This document shows positions 9,079 through 16,380 of a stretch of DNA of 64,000 bases, one piece after another. Made by a program: the position numbers and the translations under genes. Under the pieces are notes generated by a model. The model saw only the letters and a program-made list of their open reading frames with translations. It was not told the origin of the DNA and did no database searches. Each line of letters begins with the position of its first letter. The stretch's first letter is position 1. Origin of the DNA: an uncultured Candidatus Saccharibacteria bacterium (GTDB lineage: Bacteria; Patescibacteriota; Minisyncoccia; Sungbacterales; JACQCQ01); contig CAZBTX010000002.1 in NCBI GenBank assembly GCA_964494945.1, positions 38,696 through 102,695 of the forward strand, in the 5' to 3' direction.

Positions 9079-9543
9079 ATGCGCAAGTTCTTTGCAACCG
9101 GTCTCGTCGGTCTCGCCCTACTCGCTGGCCCTACATCTGTCGCACAAGCGCAGTGCCTGTTGTGCGGCGTCATCGGCTTTGCGATCGGCAGCAGCACGAG
9201 CGGCGTGAACGCCACTCCGCAGGATGTCTCCGGCGGTGGCGGCGCGGTGCTCTATATCGCGCCGAGGATCTCTGAACGCATCACCGAACCACTCGCTGTT
9301 CGCATAGCCTCCACTCCGGTCGCCGGTTTCTCCAGCGACACCGGATGGAACTACAAATGGAAAGGCATGACCATCCAGCAAATCTTCGAGAAGACGGTGA
9401 AGAATCCCGAGCAGTTTGTGGTGCTCGAAGTTATGCGCGTTGTCAATCCGAGCAACACCAACGCCGCGACGTTCTGGTTCGCCTATCTCGAAAAGCACAA
9501 GGTCGTCCCGCTCGAACGGCTCACGCCGCGCGAGCAGAAGTAG
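9079..9543 (+). CDS. Hypothetical secreted protein
   Basis: SD aggagg before ATG 9079, signal peptide MRKFFATGLVGLALLAGPTSVAQA, upstream TTGACA and a downstream terminator. Confidence 0.75.
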   Translation: MRKFFATGLVGLALLAGPTSVAQAQCLLCGVIGFAIGSSTSGVNATPQDVSGGGGAVLYIAPRISERITEPLAVRIASTPVAGFSSDTGWNYKWKGMTIQQIFEKTVKNPEQFVVLEVMRVVNPSNTNAATFWFAYLEKHKVVPLERLTPREQK

Positions 9544-9916
9544 CCGCCCCAGCTTCGCTGGTGAAAGCCTCATGTTTGAAAGGAGCTTCGCGCTCACTTC
9601 AGCACGAGGCTTCTTTCTTTTTAATTCAAAGAGCAGTTGTATTCGCTTTGCGAATTCCTAGCCTAGTCCACCAAAGAAAAACTTGTCGTGCTCGAGACTG
9701 ATCCGCCTCTGGCGGAAAATTGTCAGCGGTGCGGCTCCCCGCCTGCGCCGAGGCTTCGGCTGGCAGGCGCCACGTTTCGGATTTTTCGCGGGGTGCTTTC
9801 CTCGCCGCCGCAGGCGGCGAAATGCGTTCGGACTAATTCAAGAATACTACGCCAAGAACAAACAAGTTTCGGTTTTTCCTATTTTTGATGGGTTTCCGCA
9901 ACGGAAGCCCATTGAC

Positions 9917-9956
9917 GTACTCACAGGACAATTCTATAGAATTGTCCTGTGAGTAC
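9917..9956. repeat. Perfect 40-bp palindrome
   Basis: gtactcacaggacaattcta|tagaattgtcctgtgagtac. Confidence 0.95.
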
Positions 9957-10100
9957 TGATTGGGAGTCGGACTCCTAAGTAATTACGACCATTTGCTAAT
10001 CAAGCGAATTGATTAGATTAGAACGCGGGTGTATAAATACATAGATAACCCACGGCCTTTTACAATAAATAATAAATAAAATAAATCTAGGGAGGCAATC

Positions 10101-10823
10101 TTGAGCAGATATGCAAAACACCACGAGCTTCTCGTGAAGCTCTCCCAGGTGGGGGCGATAAAGAAAGATGGGACGCGCCTAAAGATTCATGATGCGCATC
10201 CCGACCTTGAGCCGGCACCCGTTTACTTCAACCTCCGTACACCCAGAAACCCGAAGCCCGGCCCTCTTACTGAAAACCTCCTGGCTGAAATCGGGATTCT
10301 ACTCCGAAAAGAAGTACTGAAAGCAAACGTCCCATACGCGTGGTGCGCGGGAATTCCTAACGCGGGAACGGATATCGCCAAGTGGTTTTCGAGAATTCAC
10401 CTGCAAATTCCCATGCTCAAGCTCCGTAAGGATATGGTCGCTGAAAAGGTATGTTCCATATCCCTTGACGCACTACTGGAGGGCACGGATCCGTTTCTCG
10501 CGAGAGCAATACGGAGAGGGATGCCGGGCCTCTTGCTCGATAATGTGATAGGCGCCGCAACCTCAAAGTTCCCTTGGCTCGACTGTTTCAAGATGCACAG
10601 AATCAATATCTCGGCCCTAGTCGTAGTTTTTGACCGGGAGGAAGGCGGCGTGGAGGAAATCAAGCGCCGTTACAAAATCCCGGTGGTTCGTTTATACCAA
10701 TACCTCCCAGCACTTCGGGCGCTTCTCAACTCCGGAGAACTACCCCCAGACACTTACGAGGCCGCACTCCGTTTCCGCCGCAAGGTGATTGCGCTGACGG
10801 TGCCGAGCGAAGCACGTGTGTAG
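10101..10823 (+). CDS. Divergent orotate phosphoribosyltransferase (PyrE)-like protein
   Basis: PVYFNLR, AGIPNAG, LLLDNVIGAATSK (atypical PRPP loop) and VVVFDREEGG motifs. SD ggagg with a TTG start. Confidence 0.65.
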   Translation: MSRYAKHHELLVKLSQVGAIKKDGTRLKIHDAHPDLEPAPVYFNLRTPRNPKPGPLTENLLAEIGILLRKEVLKANVPYAWCAGIPNAGTDIAKWFSRIHLQIPMLKLRKDMVAEKVCSISLDALLEGTDPFLARAIRRGMPGLLLDNVIGAATSKFPWLDCFKMHRINISALVVVFDREEGGVEEIKRRYKIPVVRLYQYLPALRALLNSGELPPDTYEAALRFRRKVIALTVPSEARV

Positions 10824-10954
10824 CCCCCGCTCCGACAGCCGTCGGAGCGGGGAGTTGTTACTCCGTCCGCCGAAGGCGAATCTAGAATTTCGGCGGAGCC
10901 GACTCCTTGTGTAGAAAACGGCCCTGACGCCTTGTGCTTTAGCACGAGGACGTT

Positions 10955-11027
10955 TTATTTTATAAAGAATTTTCTTATGAGAAATTCCGTGATACTTCCG
11001 AATACAATACCGATTACAGCGCCGCCG
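10955..11027 (-). pseudogene. Diverged duplicate of the 3' end of the PAP2 gene (13118-13190)
   Basis: Translates GGAVIGIVFGSITEFLIRKFFIK* versus GGAVIGLVFGSITEFLIRKYFIK* in PAP2. Confidence 0.9.
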
Positions 11028-11060
11028 CCAGTGACAGATTTTTTATTCGATGATCTTAGT

Positions 11061-12224
11061 CTAATCTACTTCACGCCGCAAATGCTCAAGGAACGGTTCT
11101 TGTAGAACGTCCATATAAGATTGCCTGAAAAGTTCCATTATTTCTTCAAAAGAAATTTTATTTTTGACGGGAGCAAATTCATGTAATTTGTGCAAAGCAA
11201 CAATCGCAGTAAACATATCTTTAGCGTAGGTGGTTTTGGGTTTACCTTCAAACCGTTCAAATAAATGTTCGTCTATACCATCAAAACCGTGAGGAGAGGC
11301 TTTGACGGCATCAATAATCTCGGAAAGGTCAGATTCCTCTGGATATCCCCGAGGGCGCTCAACTGAATCCAAATCTATAATTCTGCAATCAAGCGTTATA
11401 TTATGGCGGGTAAGATACCCATGCGCAAAACCAAGGGTATGCATTCTGGCTACGTTTTCGCCAAGCGTATTTGCAAACCATTTAACATATTCTATTGGAG
11501 TAAACTCTTGTTCCGGTATCTCCAACTCTTGACTTACCATGAGCCGCGCATCCTCGAAAGAGTTGCGAGTGGGAGTTTTATACTTCGGATCAACTATGGA
11601 TAGATCGGCGATTCGCTCTCGCGTGCCGAAAGCGCGGATTTCCAAAGCAGGGTCGGAACTTAGAGGAAGTATTAATAGTTTCTTGGCTTCTTCAATCGAT
11701 ATCTTTTCTTGCGGTTCATTTCTTGTGAAATTGGTAACAATTTCTTTTAATTTAGTTATCGCAATAACACGATATGTTCTTATCCCACTTGATGAAAACG
11801 CTTCTGCCATTGAAGCGTCTTTTAAGGCAATAGCGTAATCGAGTATCCCACGCACAACTCCTTCACGAACCTCGTGAACAGGGTTCACTAAAAGCCCGCC
11901 GTCCCAGTATGTGAGGCTGCCAAGTCCTTTGATGTCAACATCGCGATATTTTTCTCCCTTATCATCCTCAAAAATTACTTGCCCAAGAATGGCGGAACGA
12001 CCATGACCCACCACGCCCTCAACTGTAGTATCTTTGGATTCTTCGTGAGTAGTTGCAAAAATACCAAGTTTAGTCGGTTTCCCCTCTTCCACGTCAAAAG
12101 GGGCATGGATGTGGGGATTGACCCATGCGACTTCATTTTTTACTTCTACTGCGGGAATGCGTTCCATTTTCGCTTCCCGCTTCCCCGCGCCTATTGGCAA
12201 TTCCGAGGATTGTTCTAAACTCAT
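11061..12224 (-). CDS. SelO/YdiU-like (pseudokinase-fold) protein, divergent
   Basis: Ordered motifs GHGRS, DIKGLG, GIRTYR, RIAD, GFAHGYLTRHNI and IIDL parallel SelO GDGRA, LKGAG, GIPTTR, RFG, GFxHGVMNTDN and IDY. Confidence 0.6.
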   Translation of the reverse strand: MSLEQSSELPIGAGKREAKMERIPAVEVKNEVAWVNPHIHAPFDVEEGKPTKLGIFATTHEESKDTTVEGVVGHGRSAILGQVIFEDDKGEKYRDVDIKGLGSLTYWDGGLLVNPVHEVREGVVRGILDYAIALKDASMAEAFSSSGIRTYRVIAITKLKEIVTNFTRNEPQEKISIEEAKKLLILPLSSDPALEIRAFGTRERIADLSIVDPKYKTPTRNSFEDARLMVSQELEIPEQEFTPIEYVKWFANTLGENVARMHTLGFAHGYLTRHNITLDCRIIDLDSVERPRGYPEESDLSEIIDAVKASPHGFDGIDEHLFERFEGKPKTTYAKDMFTAIVALHKLHEFAPVKNKISFEEIMELFRQSYMDVLQEPFLEHLRREVD

Positions 12225-12460
12225 ATAAATGCTTCAACTAGTTAAATTCTCGAAAGTCCAATTTGGCAAAGAATATTGAAAAATGCATTTAACCACACTG
12301 ATAACAATTTCAAGTTTTTCAGTTCGCAGTGTAAACTACTGAAATTCTAGCGAATTCCAGTTTGGGCGGCAAATTATTTGAAAAAACAAAAGAGATGACC
12401 CGCTGTTCGCTTTAGCTACTAGGCGGGTCATTGGGCTGTCGAGGGAGTCTATCCTCCACA

Positions 12461-12802
12461 CTAGTTCAGAGCATACTCCCTACGGAGTAGGGGGCTGATC
12501 ATCATGATGAACCACACGAGCAGGTAGCCCATCACGAACGGGAGAATGGTGTAGATAGCGCCGGTCGTGCCGACCTCGAAGATTGACTTCATTCGCATGA
12601 CGAAGGGGGCACCGAACGTCACCCCCGCCATCGTCCCCACCACGACGGTGAAGACGTAAGTCGCGGAGAGGTTCGGCGAGAACCCCACCACGGCGAGGCC
12701 GAGCGCCGAAGCAAGCACGAGTAGGATTTGAGTCCCCCGCGTGAGCCAGGGGAGCAGGCCGGCCTCCCCGATCGCCGAGAACAGATCGACGGGCTTACCC
12801 AT
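12461..12802 (-). CDS. Hypothetical membrane protein (about 3 TM)
   Basis: SD aaggag before ATG 12802 and hydrophobic segments. Confidence 0.7.
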   Translation of the reverse strand: MGKPVDLFSAIGEAGLLPWLTRGTQILLVLASALGLAVVGFSPNLSATYVFTVVVGTMAGVTFGAPFVMRMKSIFEVGTTGAIYTILPFVMGYLLVWFIMMISPLLRREYALN

Positions 12803-13117
12803 ATGCTTCTCCTTTCGTTCCTGCCTGCCCTTCAATTAACTCAGGGCCAGGCCTTCGGAACATATTGCCGCAGTCTACGGCAACAAAGAAGAAACTAACC
12901 CCTTAACTCCCTCTTTGTTGCCGTAGAATATAGCTTATTTTAGGGTGCTAAGTTTCTAGTTGAATAGTAGCATATATATAGAAAAAGTCAAGGGGCCATG
13001 CCTCGTGGCGCAAAATGCGCCGTAAGGCAACCAAAACGTACGAAAAAGTGCGCGAGTTCCAAGCAGTACTCCGCGCCCTCAATCCCCCGTCCCGCTTGTA
13101 GTGGGAGCGGGGAGTTG

Positions 13118-13651
13118 TTATTTTATGAAGTACTTTCTTATGAGAAACTCCGTGATGCTTCCGAAAACGAGACCGATTACGGCCCCGCCGATTATATCAG
13201 TGGGCCAATGTACCCCCGCCATGACTCTGGCAACGCCGATCAAAAGCGCGGCCAAAGCCAGAACGTAAGCAGATTTTCTGTGGTAGAACCAAAAACTGGC
13301 CGCCAGCGAGAAAAAGAAAGCCGCGTGCCCCGAGGGGAACGAAGAACTGGCTTCATGCGGAATCAGGCGCAGAGTCTCGCCGAGTAACGCGAAGGGACGA
13401 GGCGAGAAAATCCATAAACGAATAATCTCCACCACGCCAAAACGTACGATCAAAGCTGCGGCGTAGGCGGCTGCGACTTTTTTTACGGCCTTACTGTGAC
13501 GCCGCTCCGTCTCCCAGAAAATAACCAGCGGCGCCAAAGCCGCGAGATACGGCAGCCAGCGCGCTATGAAAATCACAAGCGTATCAAAATAGTAATCAAC
13601 GCCCGCTAATCCGTTTAACCAAATAAAAATTGTTTGATCAAACTGGGTCAT
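13118..13651 (-). CDS. PAP2-family phosphatase (undecaprenyl-diphosphatase BcrC-like)
   Basis: RP, SFPSGH and RVMAGVHWPTD motifs. Confidence 0.93.
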   Translation of the reverse strand: MTQFDQTIFIWLNGLAGVDYYFDTLVIFIARWLPYLAALAPLVIFWETERRHSKAVKKVAAAYAAALIVRFGVVEIIRLWIFSPRPFALLGETLRLIPHEASSSFPSGHAAFFFSLAASFWFYHRKSAYVLALAALLIGVARVMAGVHWPTDIIGGAVIGLVFGSITEFLIRKYFIK

Positions 13652-13713
13652 GGATACAGCGCTTGAAAAGCATCATTAGTCACTATAGTTACTATTTATT
13701 CACTGATCTGCTC

Positions 13714-13745
13714 ACTGTATCAGTAGGACGTCCTACTGATACAGT
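13714..13745. repeat. Perfect 32-bp palindrome, core TAGGACGTCCTA
   Basis: actgtatcagtaggac|gtcctactgatacagt. Confidence 0.95.
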
Positions 13746-13804
13746 ACGATGCCGGACTTTCACAGCCCACACTATACACTTCCGGTAAGGCCCACTCTAC
13801 GGCG

Positions 13805-14185
13805 CTAGCTTCTTATCTGTGCCGACGCGCCCAGAATCCGTTCTACTGCTTTGATCACTTGTTGGCCCTGTGACTCTTTAAAGAACTGACTAAACACCTT
13901 CCGATAACCTTCGCCTGACTTAAAAAGTTCCCGTTGAATAATGTGCACGGTAGTTTTGCTTATTTTCAGAACACGGCATATCGCGCCGTAACTATAACCA
14001 TGTTGCAGCAACACTGCTACCATCAGCCGTTTGGCCAGCATAATTTTTTCGGTATGGGTAAGAAGATTATCGAGGAAGCGGCGCAGTGGCTTCTCGTCGT
14101 TAATCTTCGCAAGAGTCCTCACAAGAGCGTCGGCGATCTGATGCTCCATCTCGCGTGAAAGCTGATTTTGAGATACTTTAGGCAT
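13805..14185 (-). CDS. TrpR/YerC-like HTH transcriptional regulator
   Basis: FLDNLLTHTEKIMLAKRL...LLQHGYSYGAICRVLKISKTTV. Confidence 0.8.
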   Translation of the reverse strand: MPKVSQNQLSREMEHQIADALVRTLAKINDEKPLRRFLDNLLTHTEKIMLAKRLMVAVLLQHGYSYGAICRVLKISKTTVHIIQRELFKSGEGYRKVFSQFFKESQGQQVIKAVERILGASAQIRS

Positions 14186-14213
14186 ACACCAATATTAATT
14201 AAAACCGACTACT

Positions 14214-14239
14214 GTTACAATAGGACGTCCTACTGTAAC
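14214..14239. repeat. 26-bp near-perfect palindrome, core TAGGACGTCCTA
   Basis: gttacaataggac|gtcctactgtaac, with one mismatch. Confidence 0.9.
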
Positions 14240-14273
14240 GATTAATTTATAACTGCTTAATGACAACTAGACG

Positions 14274-15092
14274 CTAAGACCTGGAAGCTAGGACGACGAG
14301 ATTCTTAAAAATATGCGCGATAGTTAATGGTCCAACACCGCCGGGCACCGGAGACAGCCAGCCATCTTTGGACTTTAAGCTTTCGGCGTCAGCGTCCCCT
14401 TTTAGAGAACCGGCGTCCATAGCAGTTCCCGCATCAATTATAACGGCGCCGTCACTCACCATGTTCCCACGAATAAGTCCCGGCTTACCGACACCGGAGA
14501 TAATTACATCCGCTTTTTGCAACTCTTGCCCCATGTCTTTTGATTCTTCCGTAAGCACGGCGAACGGCAAGTTTTGTGACAAAAGCCAGAGTGACACGGG
14601 CCGCCCCACGAGGCGCCCCGCGCCGAGAATTACGATTTTTTTTCCAACTAAGTTAATCTGTTGGCTGCCCAGTAGTGTTTTGACGGCCGCGACCACCGGC
14701 GGCAGTATTTTGGACCTCCCCGCCGCTAACGCCCCCAAGGACTTCTGGCTCAAACAATCTATGTCTTCCGCTTCGGAAATAGAGTTTAAAACGTACTGGG
14801 CGTTAACATTTCTGGGTAGAGGCAATTGCACTATCCAGCCATCATGCTCGGACTTTTTGACCAGTTCGGCGAGGCGGCGGCGCAGGGCCTTAGAATTTTC
14901 AGACGCTAAACTATAATGTTTCACTGAAACTCCCAGCTCGTGTCCTCTTTTTTCTTTTTCCGTGATAAATCTCTGTGAGATCTCATTCTCACCTATGGAA
15001 ACTATACCGAGCGAGAGACGCTTACTACCTATAAGAGTTTTTGTTTCTTCCAAAACTGAATCCGCGAGTGCCCCGCCGTTAAAAAAATTCAT
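14274..15092 (-). CDS. folD: Methylene-THF dehydrogenase/cyclohydrolase
   Basis: IVQLPLP, LVGRP, IDAG and SPVPGGVGPLT motifs. Confidence 0.93.
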   Translation of the reverse strand: MNFFNGGALADSVLEETKTLIGSKRLSLGIVSIGENEISQRFITEKEKRGHELGVSVKHYSLASENSKALRRRLAELVKKSEHDGWIVQLPLPRNVNAQYVLNSISEAEDIDCLSQKSLGALAAGRSKILPPVVAAVKTLLGSQQINLVGKKIVILGAGRLVGRPVSLWLLSQNLPFAVLTEESKDMGQELQKADVIISGVGKPGLIRGNMVSDGAVIIDAGTAMDAGSLKGDADAESLKSKDGWLSPVPGGVGPLTIAHIFKNLVVLASRS

Positions 15093-15736
15093 TTGTGTTT
15101 AGAAAGCATTTGGTCCAAATCGGCTTTAGTTAGAATGCCCTTTCTCACCACCACGGGATTTTTTCTGTCCGTGAGATCAATAATGGTTGAGGGCTCGTTC
15201 GCGGGAAGCTCTCCGGCGTCAATCACGAGATCGGGCTTCACCTTGGCGTCTTGCAGAGCTTCCCAAAAACGAGTCAATGTTTTCGGCTGGGAAGGATCGC
15301 CGGAAATATTGGCCGAAGTGGAAATCAGCGGGAAATCAAGCTGTTTCGTCAAGTCATTTATAAAACGATTTTTGGGCAAGCGAAGCGCAATGGTTTGGGC
15401 GCCACCCGAAACTTCTTCCGGTACAATGTCTTTTTTGTGGAGCACCACCGTTACCGGCCCCGGCCATAAACTTGCCAAAACGCCCTCGGCCCAAAGGTCA
15501 ATGTAAGCGTATTTTCGGGCCATGGCTATATCGCGAACAAGCAAAATCATGCCTTTTTCTAAGGGTCTATGCTTAATTTTCAATATTTTTTTGACAATTT
15601 TCACATCCAGCCCGTTCCCGCCGATGCCGTAAACCGTATCGGTCGGATAAACAATTATTTTGCCGGCACGTAAAGCTTTGACCGCTTCAAAAAGAACTCC
15701 AAGGAAGGTGTGGCCGTTTAGTTCAATTATTTTCAT
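15089..15736 (-). CDS. tsaC: L-threonylcarbamoyladenylate synthase (Sua5/YrdC)
   Basis: PTDTVYG, WPGPVT, STSANISG and PSTIID motifs. Confidence 0.93.
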   Translation of the reverse strand: MKIIELNGHTFLGVLFEAVKALRAGKIIVYPTDTVYGIGGNGLDVKIVKKILKIKHRPLEKGMILLVRDIAMARKYAYIDLWAEGVLASLWPGPVTVVLHKKDIVPEEVSGGAQTIALRLPKNRFINDLTKQLDFPLISTSANISGDPSQPKTLTRFWEALQDAKVKPDLVIDAGELPANEPSTIIDLTDRKNPVVVRKGILTKADLDQMLSKHK

Positions 15737-15748
15737 GGTCGTGGGAAA

Positions 15749-16366
15749 CTAACCGCTAACTTTAACATCAACACCTAGTCGTTTCAGTGAAACGATGAGT
15801 TGATGCGCATTTTTATAGACGAAGGCCTTCATTCCAGCTTGTTTTGCTTTCGCAACCAAATATTTGTGATCATCAGTAAATGCTACCTCGGAGGCCTTGA
15901 GCCCCATTGCCCGAGCCGCAAGAACAAAAGCCTGCTTTTTTCTTTTGCTGATGCCTGTTTTATAAGAAAGGCGTACTGGTCTAAATCCACGATAAACACC
16001 AGCCGCACGAACAATTTGAGCGTGGGTAGGAATAACATCGGAGAGAATTCCGACTTTATAACCGCTTATTCTAAGCTTTTGTGCTATTGCTAGAATACTT
16101 TTTTGCGGCTTTATTCGCCGTCTCGAAAATATAGGGAGAAGCTTTTTAACTTTTGATTTAGGCAGTTTGTATTTCTGCCCCAAGCTCTCCCACATTTCCT
16201 GCTCGGAGATTTTGTTTTCGGCAACCTTGGAAATATAAGCTGTGAAATCCGGCATCAATTTTTCATGCGAAACATCTAGAATTTTTGCTGCTATTTTAGA
16301 AGCTTCATTTTTTCCAAGACTCTAGACCAGAACGCGGCCTACATCAAAATATATTCCACGAATCAT
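15749..16366 (-). pseudogene. HAD-family hydrolase with an in-frame TAG at codon 15 (16324-16322)
   Basis: ATG 16366 gives MIRGIYFDVGRVLV*SLGKN..., in frame with the 16258 ORF (motif IV FTDD). Confidence 0.7.
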
Positions 16367-16380
16367 ATTAGTTAAAGTCT

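Noticed and set aside
10955-11027. DGR template repeat paired with the PAP2 3' end (an Avd-like gene is present)
   Set aside because: Mismatches are not adenine-specific on either strand and are mostly synonymous. No reverse transcriptase is in the window.
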